A DNA stretch of 64,000 nucleotides from a virus (IMGVR_UViG_3300044212_000014:1-64000), one strand, 5' to 3'. Shown: positions 16,610 through 27,289, numbered from the stretch's first letter. A program made the numbers and translations. Notes: generated by a model not told the origin, from the letters alone.

Positions 16610-19473
16610 ATGAGTTTACCTGTAACTTTCACACACATACTGACTTTTCAATACACGATGGTTTTTCTAAAATACCAGAGCTTGTTGGTTACGCCAAAGA
16701 ACTTGGGTATACCTCATTAGCTATAACAGACCACGGGACAATGACAGGAGCAATATCTTTTTATGAAGAATGTAAAAAACAGGGAATAAAACCCATTATT
16801 GGTTGCGAATGTTATTTCACAATGGACATAGATGCTAAAGGAGACACATACCATTTAATATTACTTGCAAAAGATTTACAAGGTTATCGTAATTTAATGC
16901 GTATTGATACATATTCTCACGAGCATTTTTATCGTAAGCCAAGAATTAGTTTCGATATCTTAGAAAAATACCACGAAGGTATTGTTTGTACAACAGCTTG
17001 TATAGCTGGCCCGTTATCTAGCGATTTAAAAGATTACATTATGTCACGGTTAATATCTATATTTGGTGAAGACTTATATATAGAAATACAACCTCACGAC
17101 TTTGAAGAACAAAAAGTGTATAATTATACATTTATATCTCAATATCCCGAAGTTAAAAAGATAATCACACTCGATAGTCACTACGTTTGCAAAGATGATA
17201 CCCAATATCATAGACTTTGGCTAGATTTAGATGACGATGCTGAGTATTATTCTTCTAGTGATTATTACCTTATGGGTACAGATGAAATTGTAAGTAAGCT
17301 CTCTTACATGGAGTCATCCGATATACAAGATATGATTAAAAATACAAAAGAGTTGGAAGATAAGTTTAACTTAGAAATACCATTTGGTGAACAGCACTAT
17401 CCTGTGTTCTGCGAAGACCCTGAAAGATATGTTAGAGATAAGATGAATGCTGGTTGGGTTCAAAAGGGAATTTCCATGTTGCCAAATCACACTAAATACA
17501 GAGAGCAGGCAAATCATGAACTAGAAGTATTAAGGAAAGTCCATTATTTTAATTATTTCTGTATTGTTAACGACATGTTGAAATTCTGCGAAGACAACAA
17601 TATTCCAACTGGCATAGGCCGTGGTAGCGTAGGGGGGTGTCTAGTTGCTTATCTTATGGGCATTACAAAGGTAGACCCAATTAAATACAATTTGGTATTC
17701 GAACGGTTTACCAACCTAGAACGTGTAACTCCATGTGACATTGATACTGACGTAAGTCAAGGTAAACGACAAGAGCTTATTGAATATATCAAAAGTAAAT
17801 ATGGGGAAGCGTATCCCGTTAGAACCGTCGGAACCTGTGAAGACAAGGCCGCTGTTCAAGCCTCTGCTAGGTCACTTGATATTGACCCTACCATATATAA
17901 GAAAATGAGTAAGAATATAAACACGGTAGAAGATATGCCAGAAAAAACGGCAAGCGATAAACGATGGAAACAGGTGGCAATGAAGTTCAGAGGACACGTA
18001 CAGAACTATGGTAAACATCCATCTGCTATGTTGGTATCGCCTGAGGATATTTGTAAGTGGAGTCCAGTAGAAAAGCAGAAAGACGATTATGTTGTTTGTT
18101 ATGACTTCCACCAGCTAGAAGACCAAGGGTTATTAAAACTCGATGTTCTTGGTCTAAAGACCCTTGACATAATTGAAGACACAAAGAGACGGGCGGGAAT
18201 AGATACTGATATTTCCCAATTTCCAGACTTAGATTCACCTACTTGTGCCATGTTAGCAAAAGGAGACACAGAAGGATGTTTCCAAATAGAAAGTAATGTA
18301 ATGACTCCGATAGCAATGAGAATGAACGTTAGGGGAATGGAAGACTTGGCAACCGTCGTCGCTCTTGGTCGCCCCGGCCCTTTAGATTCTGGAATGGTAG
18401 AAACATTTTTAAAACGCCGGAATAAACAACTTCCTACCACCTACGACATTCCCGACCTAGAACCGTTACTTAAAGACACTGAGGGAGTTATTATATATCA
18501 GGAACAGATTATGAAGATTGTTCAGGTAATATGTGGATATTCCTTAGGGGAAGCAGATAACCTTCGTCGTATTATAGGGCGTAAGGTAGTAGATGAAATG
18601 AACCCCGTTGTCGAGGATATGATTCGTAGGGGTATAGAAAAGGGACATACAAGAGAACAGATGGTAAAACTAACTGATGATATAAAAACATTCGCGCTTT
18701 ATGGATTTAACCTATCCCATTCCTTAGCTTACGGAAAAACGGCGTGGGTTACATCATACCTTAAATGTCACTACCCAGCGGCATTCATGGCCTCATTGTT
18801 AGATTACAACTGTAAAGATAAACCGAAGTTAGCCACTTATATTGTCTACTGCCAGAACCATAATATACGTATCCTTCCACCTAGGGTAAACCATCACAAC
18901 TGCTACTCAGATTATGACGAAGATGGCCCTTATATCGTTCTTGGACTAAACTGTATCGCTGGCGTTGGGAACGTATCTATTGATTCCTCAGATAGTGACT
19001 TTGAGGCATTTTTGGAAAAGAACATAAACGTTAATAAGAAAGCTCTCGGTAGTATGGTTAGGGCTGGTGTATTTAGTGGCAATAGAGATATGATGTTACA
19101 GTATATAGATTGGATGAAAGACAAGAGAAAGTCTAAGGGAGAGTTTACATATGTACCAACACGATATGATGATGACATGGAACAATCCAAAGTAATTGGA
19201 GTTAGTTTTGGTGATGTCCTTAGTAAATATGACTTGTCTATAGTAGACGGGATAAGTACGTTTGGAGTCGAAGTATTAGAAGTTAAGGGAAGAAAGACAA
19301 AGACCGGAAAGCCAATGGCATTCGTTAAAGTAAAAGACTCCAAGTTCGTTAAGGACTTTGTTATCTTTAGCGCAGATTATAAATACATAAAGACACACAA
19401 GGTTTATATCATGAGAGTTCGTAATAATCGCATCTTTGAATTTGTTGAAGCTATGCCACTTGACAAAACGTAA
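16606..19473 (+). CDS. dnaE: DNA polymerase III alpha subunit (family C)
   Basis: PHP domain (HTHTDFS..DG, AITDHG, PIIGCE), GIGRGSVGG, PCDIDTD catalytic motif, KLDVLGL, FNLSHS; start inferred at MNEFTCNFH. Confidence 0.95.
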   Translation: MNEFTCNFHTHTDFSIHDGFSKIPELVGYAKELGYTSLAITDHGTMTGAISFYEECKKQGIKPIIGCECYFTMDIDAKGDTYHLILLAKDLQGYRNLMRIDTYSHEHFYRKPRISFDILEKYHEGIVCTTACIAGPLSSDLKDYIMSRLISIFGEDLYIEIQPHDFEEQKVYNYTFISQYPEVKKIITLDSHYVCKDDTQYHRLWLDLDDDAEYYSSSDYYLMGTDEIVSKLSYMESSDIQDMIKNTKELEDKFNLEIPFGEQHYPVFCEDPERYVRDKMNAGWVQKGISMLPNHTKYREQANHELEVLRKVHYFNYFCIVNDMLKFCEDNNIPTGIGRGSVGGCLVAYLMGITKVDPIKYNLVFERFTNLERVTPCDIDTDVSQGKRQELIEYIKSKYGEAYPVRTVGTCEDKAAVQASARSLDIDPTIYKKMSKNINTVEDMPEKTASDKRWKQVAMKFRGHVQNYGKHPSAMLVSPEDICKWSPVEKQKDDYVVCYDFHQLEDQGLLKLDVLGLKTLDIIEDTKRRAGIDTDISQFPDLDSPTCAMLAKGDTEGCFQIESNVMTPIAMRMNVRGMEDLATVVALGRPGPLDSGMVETFLKRRNKQLPTTYDIPDLEPLLKDTEGVIIYQEQIMKIVQVICGYSLGEADNLRRIIGRKVVDEMNPVVEDMIRRGIEKGHTREQMVKLTDDIKTFALYGFNLSHSLAYGKTAWVTSYLKCHYPAAFMASLLDYNCKDKPKLATYIVYCQNHNIRILPPRVNHHNCYSDYDEDGPYIVLGLNCIAGVGNVSIDSSDSDFEAFLEKNINVNKKALGSMVRAGVFSGNRDMMLQYIDWMKDKRKSKGEFTYVPTRYDDDMEQSKVIGVSFGDVLSKYDLSIVDGISTFGVEVLEVKGRKTKTGKPMAFVKVKDSKFVKDFVIFSADYKYIKTHKVYIMRVRNNRIFEFVEAMPLDKT

Positions 19474-19488
19474 TAAATGTGATATAAT
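19460..19488 (+). promoter_or_regulatory. sigmaA promoter
   Basis: TTGACA-17 bp-TATAAT with extended TG. Confidence 0.85.
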
Positions 19489-19533
19489 GTATTAGTAGAT
19501 AAATAATACTTTATTTTTAAAAGGAGAAAACAC

Positions 19534-20289
19534 ATGAGCATTTTTGATGAACTTAAAAAACCTTTCCCCCCTAGTGATGTCGAATGGAGATTGAGCAGTA
19601 AGTCGAAGGACAAAAAAAGAGGTCAGGTACTTGCGTATATCACAGCTCGTGGCGTACAAGAACGTCTCGACGAGGTGGTTGGGCCGGAAAACTGGTCAAT
19701 TTCATACCGTCCAGCAGACCTTGGTGTTATTACTCAGTCTACATATAATGGAGACAAGTCTGTACCAGTTAAGGGTTTCTTGGCAGAACTTACTGTATAT
19801 GTAGGAGATAAGGTAATTACTCGCGTGGATGGCAGTAACTGTACGGACTTCGAGCCGTTTAAGGGTGGCTTGTCTGGCGCATTAAAAAGGGCCGCGTCTG
19901 CTCTCGGCATTGGTCGGTATCTGTATAAGCTTCCTCCGACTTGGGTTCCCATTGACAACTATGGTAATTTCAAGAACCCACAACTTCCTGAATGGGCGTT
20001 ACCGGAGGGGTTCCAGTATCCTCACGAATACCATAGTGAAGAAGCAGAAACTCCTCATCAATATCACGGAAGTGAAGACCCAGCACCGTCGTTTGACGCT
20101 GAACAGCAAGGGCCTATTGGGCCAGTAACAATGCCTCGCGGTAAATTCACCGGAAAGCCAGTCGCTGAAATTACAGACTACGGATATCTTGACTGGATTG
20201 TGAATAAGTCTAGCTTTGAAGCTGATATTAAAGAAGCGGCGGCGGCGGCATTAAAGAAACGAATGGACGAGCTTGAGTTCGCTGGTTAA
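19534..20289 (+). CDS. Rad52/Rad22-family single-strand annealing protein (Sak-like) with a small C-terminal domain
   Basis: LKKPF...VEWR...LAYITAR.VQERLDEVVG..NW; KGG.S.ALKRAA..LGIGRYLY; C-terminal MPRGKF.GK...I...YL.W. Confidence 0.85.
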   Translation: MSIFDELKKPFPPSDVEWRLSSKSKDKKRGQVLAYITARGVQERLDEVVGPENWSISYRPADLGVITQSTYNGDKSVPVKGFLAELTVYVGDKVITRVDGSNCTDFEPFKGGLSGALKRAASALGIGRYLYKLPPTWVPIDNYGNFKNPQLPEWALPEGFQYPHEYHSEEAETPHQYHGSEDPAPSFDAEQQGPIGPVTMPRGKFTGKPVAEITDYGYLDWIVNKSSFEADIKEAAAAALKKRMDELEFAG

Positions 20290-20304
20290 TGGCGAGGTGA
20301 TATA

Positions 20305-20505
20305 ATGTCATTAGATTTATTTTGGAAAGCATTCTTCTACACATTTTTTACCGCTGGAATAGCCGCTTATAGTTTTCTCACCTACACTATAATTTCCAGC
20401 AGTAGTGCTTATGAATCATGTTTTGAAGAGTGGTCTATTATTACTATTGTCCTTTTAGTCCTATTCTGTGTTCTGCTTGGTGTTGTGTCAGGGGGTGTTA
20501 CATGA
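20305..20505 (+). CDS. Small membrane protein
   Basis: GAGGTG RBS, two hydrophobic segments. Confidence 0.55.
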   Translation: MSLDLFWKAFFYTFFTAGIAAYSFLTYTIISSSSAYESCFEEWSIITIVLLVLFCVLLGVVSGGVT

Positions 20506-20804
20506 CAACGTATGAGTACATAGAAGAAGAATATGGTAAGATTCCGGCCTTAGTCTATCAAGTAGTTGAAAAGAAGTGCGAAGAAAAAGGTGTCCTACTC
20601 AAGGGACACCTATTCGTGCGATTAGGGATAAAGGAAATTAGTGCCGAGATTTCGTGCGTTGGTATAGAAAGTATACATAACGCCGTGAGCAAGCTAACAA
20701 AAAATGGCTTAATGGAAAGCATAAAATTCCACTGCTATTTAGAGAAGTTTAGGAGAGTTAAATCATTTAGGGGGAAAGATGGACAGACATACGGCCCAAA
20801 GTGA
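20502..20804 (+). CDS. Hypothetical protein
   Basis: ATGA overlap with the upstream gene. Confidence 0.5.
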   Translation: MTTYEYIEEEYGKIPALVYQVVEKKCEEKGVLLKGHLFVRLGIKEISAEISCVGIESIHNAVSKLTKNGLMESIKFHCYLEKFRRVKSFRGKDGQTYGPK

Positions 20805-21078
20805 TATGGTGCAGATGTATCTTATTAAATCTATGAGACTAATAGGTACAAATTCACCAAATTATATGCGTGTTATGCGCTATTTTGACGGAAGGCGAGA
20901 AGAAGAGATATATAGATTCTATAATTATTTAATGACACACGACCTTCCGTTAGGTTGTTCTCTAGGAGAGTTATACCATTTAGAGGCAAGATATAGAAAT
21001 ATAGATAGTTATAAAGAACTTGATTTGCCTGAACTAAAAGATACAATACCCTATTCGGTAGAATTACTCTCCGACTAA
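20779..21078 (+). CDS. Hypothetical protein
   Basis: ORF in the operon with a GGGGG RBS. Confidence 0.5.
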   Translation: MDRHTAQSDMVQMYLIKSMRLIGTNSPNYMRVMRYFDGRREEEIYRFYNYLMTHDLPLGCSLGELYHLEARYRNIDSYKELDLPELKDTIPYSVELLSD

Positions 21079-21091
21079 TGGAGGTAATACC

Positions 21092-21331
21092 ATGGAGTAC
21101 AATAAGACAGATCGGTTAGACCAACTCTTATTTGGTTTGTTTTTGCAAGTTAGAGATTTCTACCACATAAAAGATAATGCCGGGGTAGAGCAAGACTTGG
21201 AAATGAGAGAAAAAATGTTAAGAATTACCGCACAGAGGATAGAGGCCCTTTACAAAGGCGAAGATATGTGTTATAATAAGGACAAGGGGAAATTGATTAA
21301 CTTCCCATCTGTACCATGGTCTAAGTTATAA
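21092..21331 (+). CDS. Hypothetical protein
   Basis: GGAGGT RBS. Confidence 0.55.
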   Translation: MEYNKTDRLDQLLFGLFLQVRDFYHIKDNAGVEQDLEMREKMLRITAQRIEALYKGEDMCYNKDKGKLINFPSVPWSKL

Positions 21332-21340
21332 GGGGGTATA

Positions 21341-23323
21341 ATGAACCTAAGACAAACGATTATTGCTAAAGTTGATTTGCCAAGTTTTATATCGCAAGAA
21401 TCAGGGGTTGAGTTACATAGGTCGTCAAACGGGTTCCGATGCGCTTGTCCCATTCATGGCTCTGGCAATGAAACGACAATGTTCATTGATGATAACGGTG
21501 GCTATTACTGTTACTCTTGCGGGTCTGGTGGTAGTGTAATCAACTTTCTTTCGGAGTACGAACATATAAGTTATAGCTCTGCGCAAGAAAAGCTAGCCTA
21601 TATGTTAAACATTGATTTGGATATCGACGGTGATTATGCACAACAGAAAGAGATAGAAAACAGATACGAAGAAAGAAAGAACATTGACAAACGAAGTATT
21701 TCCGTCATGAGAGATTATCTCACGAAAAAGAGGATGTTCACGGACGATACTATTAATGCTTTTGAGCTTGGTGTATATCACGATAAGAAATTAACAATAC
21801 CTTTGCTAGATCAAAATGGAAGAACAGTTGCTTTGGCTTGGCGGTCGTTTGAAGAAAGTGGGCCCAAATATGTAAACAGCAAGAATAACCTTCTGTACGA
21901 TAAGTCTTGTTTCTTATTTAACCTTGATAAAGCAAGAAGGTTAATTAGAGATAAGGTATATATCGTCGAAGGATACATGGATGCCATGTCAGGCCACCAA
22001 ATGGGACTTCCAACGGTAGCATATTGCGGAAGTGAGATACACAAAGACCAGATTGTATCACTATCACAATATTTACAGAAGGATACCAGTATTATTATCT
22101 GCCCTGATAATGACGACGCTGGGATGGATAGGACTCCCCTCGTGTCAGAGATCATTTCAAAAAGATATGTCCCTGAAAGACAGGTAAGAGTTATCTGTGT
22201 ACCCGACGGAATAAAGGACATGAACGACATGCTGGTAGCTGGCATAAATCCGGCAGATTTACCGTCAGAAGACATTAGTAAGTTTGTTTTGAGGCGCATC
22301 CTTAATAAATGTAAAACGATAGAGCAAGAGTACTCAAAAGCGGAAGAGTTTTTTAGGACAGTATCTAGTCAGCTTATAAAACTGGATATAATCCATATGT
22401 TATCAGAACGCTGGGGGAAAGAGTTTGATGACCTAAAAAAGACATTCTCAGCAGTAGGTGAGGACACAGAATCCATATTACAAGAAGCGTCAAACGTAGA
22501 TGATTGTATCGCAGACCTACGACAGATATATGAGTCTGGGGGATACCCAACACACTTCCAACAAATTGATAACTGTATTCATAAGGTAGAAAAGAAACAG
22601 GTAGTTATCGTAGGGGCTTGTGCTGGTTGTGGTAAGTCTAACTTTGCTATAGAGTATATGTTAAGAGCTATATGCCACAATAAACAACGTGTTATATTCT
22701 TCTCTCTCGAAATGCCAAAGGGCAAACTCATGGAGAGAATAATTGCCCAGTTGTTAAAAGTGCCAGTTCCAGATGTAGAAAACTTAATATTACAGGGAAA
22801 CCCGTTAGTATTAAAAATACTAGACCTGTTACGCAAGAAATTAATTGTGTTTGATGGTAACTCTATGGACATGGAAGGTATTGCGAGGAGAATAGATATC
22901 GTCAATGCCAAAGAACTTCTTGGTGGCCCAGTTGATATGGTGTTTGTTGATTACTTCGGCTATGTAAAGGGTACGTCTGATTTCGAGGGTGCGTCTAATG
23001 CCGCTAGGGAAATGAAGGGTATCGCGAAAAGTAGAAACATTATATTCGTTATGTTAAGCCAGTTAAACCGTAGTGGTAATGAATACAGCGAACCAACGAT
23101 GCAACAGTTAAAACTTACGGGAGACTTAGAAGCGTCTGGAGATATCGTAATGTTATTGTGGCGACCAGAGAAAGACCCTAACTTAGCACTTGCTGATAGA
23201 CAGGAGCTAGAGAATGTGACTAGGTTAAAGATATGCAAAGCCAGAGATGGTATGTATGGCTCCAATATGATACAGTTTAAGTATAACAAACAGGAATCAC
23301 GACTAGAAGAATGTTACATGTAG
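21341..23323 (+). CDS. Primase-helicase (CHC2 Zn finger, TOPRIM, DnaB-like helicase)
   Basis: CACPIH...YYCYSCG, IVEGYMD, PDNDDAG, Walker A GACAGCGKS, VFVDYFG, LSQLNR. Confidence 0.92.
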   Translation: MNLRQTIIAKVDLPSFISQESGVELHRSSNGFRCACPIHGSGNETTMFIDDNGGYYCYSCGSGGSVINFLSEYEHISYSSAQEKLAYMLNIDLDIDGDYAQQKEIENRYEERKNIDKRSISVMRDYLTKKRMFTDDTINAFELGVYHDKKLTIPLLDQNGRTVALAWRSFEESGPKYVNSKNNLLYDKSCFLFNLDKARRLIRDKVYIVEGYMDAMSGHQMGLPTVAYCGSEIHKDQIVSLSQYLQKDTSIIICPDNDDAGMDRTPLVSEIISKRYVPERQVRVICVPDGIKDMNDMLVAGINPADLPSEDISKFVLRRILNKCKTIEQEYSKAEEFFRTVSSQLIKLDIIHMLSERWGKEFDDLKKTFSAVGEDTESILQEASNVDDCIADLRQIYESGGYPTHFQQIDNCIHKVEKKQVVIVGACAGCGKSNFAIEYMLRAICHNKQRVIFFSLEMPKGKLMERIIAQLLKVPVPDVENLILQGNPLVLKILDLLRKKLIVFDGNSMDMEGIARRIDIVNAKELLGGPVDMVFVDYFGYVKGTSDFEGASNAAREMKGIAKSRNIIFVMLSQLNRSGNEYSEPTMQQLKLTGDLEASGDIVMLLWRPEKDPNLALADRQELENVTRLKICKARDGMYGSNMIQFKYNKQESRLEECYM

Positions 23324-23330
23324 AAAAGAC

Positions 23331-23359
23331 TTGACAAAACGTTAAAAATGTGGTATAAT
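23331..23359 (+). promoter_or_regulatory. sigmaA promoter (duplicated at 31100-31128)
   Basis: TTGACA-17 bp-TATAAT with extended TG. Confidence 0.85.
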
Positions 23360-23379
23360 GTATTCATGGAGGTAAGGAA

Positions 23380-24042
23380 ATGCCATATACAATACCTGAG
23401 TTCGAAAATTACATATTATATGATAACCTAGATGTTTTTAGCAAGACGTCTGGTAGGTTTTTAAGCGCAGAGGTGGTAACACTGTGCAACGGCAAAACTA
23501 GAAAGCATTTTACTAGGAACTCTCTTAAGAAATATATCCCCATAGATGATAAGTATATTAAAATCCCTGGTTTTAACGGGGAATATGGGATATCAAAAGA
23601 TGGTGAGGTTTATAGCTTTAAAACATTTAGGGTATTAAAATCATACCCCAACAAATATCGTCGCGGATATGTATATATCATACTGAGCCTCAATGGGAAA
23701 CCAAAAACTTGCAAGGTACATAGGTTAGTAGCATTAACATACATACCAAATCCAAGTGGTAAGGAGTGCGTTAACCATATTAATGGAAATGTACAGGATA
23801 ACAGTGTCGATAATTTGGAATGGTGTACAGTTAAAGAAAACAACCTTTGGAATGTTAGTAGAGGCGTTGCTAATGGTGGTAACCATAAAAAATGTTATCT
23901 ATACACCAAGTCCGGAGAGTTTGTTGGTTCGTTTCGCTCTATTAGAAAGGCTAGCGAATACGTCAAGTCTATTGGGTGTAGCGGATATGATGATATTAGG
24001 AAATTAAAATATAATAAATATTACACGTTGGAGGTGCGTTAA
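23380..24042 (+). CDS. HNH homing endonuclease (NUMOD4/HNH_3 type)
   Basis: IPGF.GEYGISKDG.V.S, KVHRLVA..YIPNP....VNHINGN..DN.V.NLEW.T..EN. Confidence 0.9.
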   Translation: MPYTIPEFENYILYDNLDVFSKTSGRFLSAEVVTLCNGKTRKHFTRNSLKKYIPIDDKYIKIPGFNGEYGISKDGEVYSFKTFRVLKSYPNKYRRGYVYIILSLNGKPKTCKVHRLVALTYIPNPSGKECVNHINGNVQDNSVDNLEWCTVKENNLWNVSRGVANGGNHKKCYLYTKSGEFVGSFRSIRKASEYVKSIGCSGYDDIRKLKYNKYYTLEVR

Positions 24043-24927
24043 TTGCCACTAAGTAGCTATTTTTGTCCCGACGGCGGGAGAATCAAAATTGAAGATTGTT
24101 TAAAAGAATGTAGATTAAAAGGTAAGATGAACCCAATAACCGGAATGGACTATGTTACTTGCGGGAGGTGTTTATCTATACCGACATTAAGAGCCGTTTC
24201 CGAACAGAGAAGTTGGACTGGCAAACCATCCACTACTCAGTTGTTACGAGGAACGAGAGAGGCATATTTAACTCTTACGAGAGAATATGCAATCGACCCC
24301 AAAAGTATGATGTTTGCTCTTCACGGCACAAACACTCATGCGAGACTCGAAGACGGCATGTCAGAAGAGGACTTGGGGGAACAGCGGCTGGATGACGGAG
24401 TGTCCACTGGAGCATTTGACTACTACTCAGATGAAGACGGGGGAACGCTATTCGACTATAAGACGTACTCTTCATATGTTTGTGGAAAGTATATGGGAAT
24501 AGGGAGCAGGAAGGAACTAATAGGCCATTACAAGAATGGTAAACCTAGATTTCAGTCAGTAAGAACTTATGGTAATGCAAAGCACGACCTAGACCTAGCC
24601 ATACAGTTAAACGATTACCGGATGAAAATACAAAAGGTTCTTAAAAAGCCAGTAGCAAACATGGTTTGTGAGATGATTGTAAGAGACGGTGGCACGTATA
24701 TGGCTAAGAATAGAGGGGTAGATGATACTGCATACCTCATTAAGGTTGGTAAAATAAGTGATATTTGGGTTGAGAGGTATATGAAACGAAAAGCAAACGA
24801 TTTAATTTCTGCGCTAGAAACTGGGAGAATGCCGCCACCATGCAGACCACATGAATGCTGGCACGGTAGAAAATGCAGAGACTTCTGCCCAGTTAATATG
24901 TATTGTGACGCATACAAAGGAGAATAA
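24043..24927 (+). CDS. Cas4/RecB-like PD-(D/E)XK exonuclease with a probable Fe-S cluster
   Basis: GAFD...LFDYKT motif, Q...Y, Cys residues at both termini (CRPHEC...KCRDFC...YC). Confidence 0.75.
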   Translation: MPLSSYFCPDGGRIKIEDCLKECRLKGKMNPITGMDYVTCGRCLSIPTLRAVSEQRSWTGKPSTTQLLRGTREAYLTLTREYAIDPKSMMFALHGTNTHARLEDGMSEEDLGEQRLDDGVSTGAFDYYSDEDGGTLFDYKTYSSYVCGKYMGIGSRKELIGHYKNGKPRFQSVRTYGNAKHDLDLAIQLNDYRMKIQKVLKKPVANMVCEMIVRDGGTYMAKNRGVDDTAYLIKVGKISDIWVERYMKRKANDLISALETGRMPPPCRPHECWHGRKCRDFCPVNMYCDAYKGE

Positions 24928-24928
24928 C

Positions 24929-25195
24929 ATGGATAAAGACATCTTAGCAGAATTTGAGAAAGAATTAAAGTCTGGTATTAAAATTGGGATTAACATGAAA
25001 GAGAATAACGACAAGGTTGAGTGTGGCATTATCGGTGATAAAGAGTATTCTCCTCAGCTTGTACTAACCTTGTTGATCATCTCCATTGCTAATCTTATGC
25101 AGATAGACCCAAGCGATCTGTTAGACGCGTGTGTTTCTGCTCGCAAGAAAGATGGTATTGACTTGTCAGACCAGTTCGAACATCTTATTAACTAA
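24929..25195 (+). CDS. Hypothetical protein
   Basis: AGGAGA RBS before the ATG at 24929. Confidence 0.55.
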   Translation: MDKDILAEFEKELKSGIKIGINMKENNDKVECGIIGDKEYSPQLVLTLLIISIANLMQIDPSDLLDACVSARKKDGIDLSDQFEHLIN

Positions 25196-25857
25196 TGGAT
25201 GAGTGCGAAGTAAGAAGTAATTGTAGGAAGAGTTATGATTGCGATTGGTGCGATTACTATAGCGAATATTCCCCAATAAACATTAATATTAAATGCAAAA
25301 GACAGATAGAAAATACAAAAATTCGTAGAGAGCAGAGGAAAGTGAAAAGAATTTCCGATGCCTCTAAGAGGGGAAGGTCAAACAGAAGGAACGGACGTAA
25401 GGCAGAACGAGACGTTGAAAATCTATTAAACGAACTGGGGTTAGATGCCTCAAGAACTCCTATGTCCGGCGCACTTAAAACAGCAAACCTCATACCTCAA
25501 TTAAAAGACCATGTGTCCGGTGATATAAGAATAAAGTATTTAGACAAAGAGCTTATAGTTGAATGCAAAAGGAATATTCATTCGGATAGTTGGTATAAAC
25601 TTACAGAAAAAGGTTTAATACATATAGATGGGTTTTGCTATGGTCTTACAAAAGAGTTATTCGAATATTTGGTAAACGGACTACTAAGTGGGGAATGTAT
25701 TGATATCCCAGACAACAAATTTAAGATGTTGCATAAATATTTCGACCAAGATAACTCAGATATCGTCGTTGTTACTAGGCCATGGCACGACCCCCTGTTC
25801 TTCTTAAAAGAAAAAACATTTGAATTATTCGGAGGTAATATAAATCATGATAAGTAG
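25195..25857 (+). CDS. Holliday junction resolvase-like PD-(D/E)XK nuclease
   Basis: G...ERDV..LL, SGAL, GDIRI...IVECKR. Confidence 0.7.
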   Translation: MDECEVRSNCRKSYDCDWCDYYSEYSPININIKCKRQIENTKIRREQRKVKRISDASKRGRSNRRNGRKAERDVENLLNELGLDASRTPMSGALKTANLIPQLKDHVSGDIRIKYLDKELIVECKRNIHSDSWYKLTEKGLIHIDGFCYGLTKELFEYLVNGLLSGECIDIPDNKFKMLHKYFDQDNSDIVVVTRPWHDPLFFLKEKTFELFGGNINHDK

Positions 25858-26095
25858 CGAAAATAGAATGTCGAGAATTGAACCTACGTCGCTTTATATC
25901 TCTAGCGTTAGCGAGAAAGACCAGCATGGAATTGACCGTTTAGTCGCAACTCGCATTATGGCTTTAAATGCAACGACTCCTAAGCCTATCGTGGTAAAGA
26001 CGTTCGCTATCGGAGACTTTGACAACGGGGTAAAAATAGAAACTTCCGAACGTCTTTTGGAAGTAACTAAAGATGCCATGGAGGATATAGGATAA
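25847..26095 (+). CDS. Hypothetical protein
   Basis: Translationally coupled ORF. Confidence 0.5.
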   Translation: MISSENRMSRIEPTSLYISSVSEKDQHGIDRLVATRIMALNATTPKPIVVKTFAIGDFDNGVKIETSERLLEVTKDAMEDIG

Positions 26096-26532
26096 TGCCT
26101 CCGGCATATGAAGAGTTGGTAAGCCAATTCGAAGAAATAAAGTATAGATACGAACAACTCACGGATACAGATGTGTTAGAGGCATTCTCTCTCATGAGAG
26201 ATTCCTCTTCACTACTGGCAAGTTACGACACGATGGTAGCGGAGTCATACAAACTAACGGCACTTACCGAAAGACAAGCTAGGGCGGTAGAGGCCAGAAA
26301 AAGTATAGAACTTTCTGTTAAACCGACGGAAGGCGCGAGAAGAGCAACCGCTGATGAAGAAGTCGTATCGGCGTGGAATAAATATATATCGGTAGCTACA
26401 AGTCAGAAATATATAGAAGCCAACGCAAAGTTCCTTAGTAGAGTATATTTCGATGCCAAGATGATAACTGAGAATTGTTATCGAAAGGAAAGGCCGGCAG
26501 TAGGAACAGACCGTATTGTTGGTAGAACGTAA
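26095..26532 (+). CDS. Hypothetical helical protein
   Basis: Translationally coupled ORF. Confidence 0.55.
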   Translation: MPPAYEELVSQFEEIKYRYEQLTDTDVLEAFSLMRDSSSLLASYDTMVAESYKLTALTERQARAVEARKSIELSVKPTEGARRATADEEVVSAWNKYISVATSQKYIEANAKFLSRVYFDAKMITENCYRKERPAVGTDRIVGRT

Positions 26533-26549
26533 TCAGCCTAGGAGGTTTT

Positions 26550-27071
26550 ATGCCAAGAACAAGAAAAAATGAAACTTATTCTGTAGATGATTTAAAAGTA
26601 ACTAAATATGAACCATATACGCCAGAGGCCCCGAAGGTGAAGGTAAAGTTTATAAAAGAAAGACCCGACTCTAAGGCTCCTGAATATAAGACGGATGGCT
26701 CGTTTGCTTTTGACCTGTACTCCGATAGGGACTGTACTGTTGTTGGTAATAAACCTACACTAATTTCTTTGGGGGTAAAAGTTGAAATTCCATCTGGATA
26801 TGGTATGTTAATTATTCCTAGGTCATCCATTGGGAGCAAAACTCCCCTTCGTCAGTCAAATTCAGTTGGCCTAATTGATAGTGATTACCGTGGTGTTGTT
26901 ATGGTAATGTATGAATCAAACAGAGATATTGCTGGTTCGACTATAGTTCGTAGAGGGGATAGAATAGCGCAGGGATTTCTAATCCCATATGTAAATGTTG
27001 ACTTTGTAGAAGCAGACGAATTAAGCGAGACAGAAAGGGGTACTGGTGGATTTGGTTCTACTGGTAGATAG
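26550..27071 (+). CDS. dut: Trimeric dUTPase
   Basis: AFDL, PRSS, GLIDSDYRG, DRIAQ, RGTGGFGSTG motifs. Confidence 0.95.
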   Translation: MPRTRKNETYSVDDLKVTKYEPYTPEAPKVKVKFIKERPDSKAPEYKTDGSFAFDLYSDRDCTVVGNKPTLISLGVKVEIPSGYGMLIIPRSSIGSKTPLRQSNSVGLIDSDYRGVVMVMYESNRDIAGSTIVRRGDRIAQGFLIPYVNVDFVEADELSETERGTGGFGSTGR

Positions 27072-27080
27072 GAGAACGAT

Positions 27081-27288
27081 ATGTGTGTAACTAGAGTGCA
27101 ACTATTTTTTATGGTAGCAGGATTCATTGCTGGTCTTGTGTCCCTATCTGGTGTTATATACCATCTTGTTATGACATTTCGATGGAATGATATTGTAGCG
27201 TGGAGTGGTATGTTATCGTCTTATATTGTTTGAGGTATCCGACCTATTTAAGCCAGACTTTGAAGATAATGACATGGAGGATAAATAA
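27081..27288 (+). pseudogene. Small membrane protein, frameshifted relative to copy 2 (34850-35056)
   Basis: Extra C near 27220 (TCGTCTTAT vs TCGTTTAT) gives a TGA at 27231-27233. Confidence 0.7.
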
Positions 27289-27289
27289 T

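Noticed and set aside
22131-22173. Possible compensating -1/+1 frameshift pair in the primase (alternative frame reads PRVRDHFKKICPE) just before the duplication breakpoint
   Set aside because: Both frames are plausible without homologue alignment; cannot be supported from sequence alone
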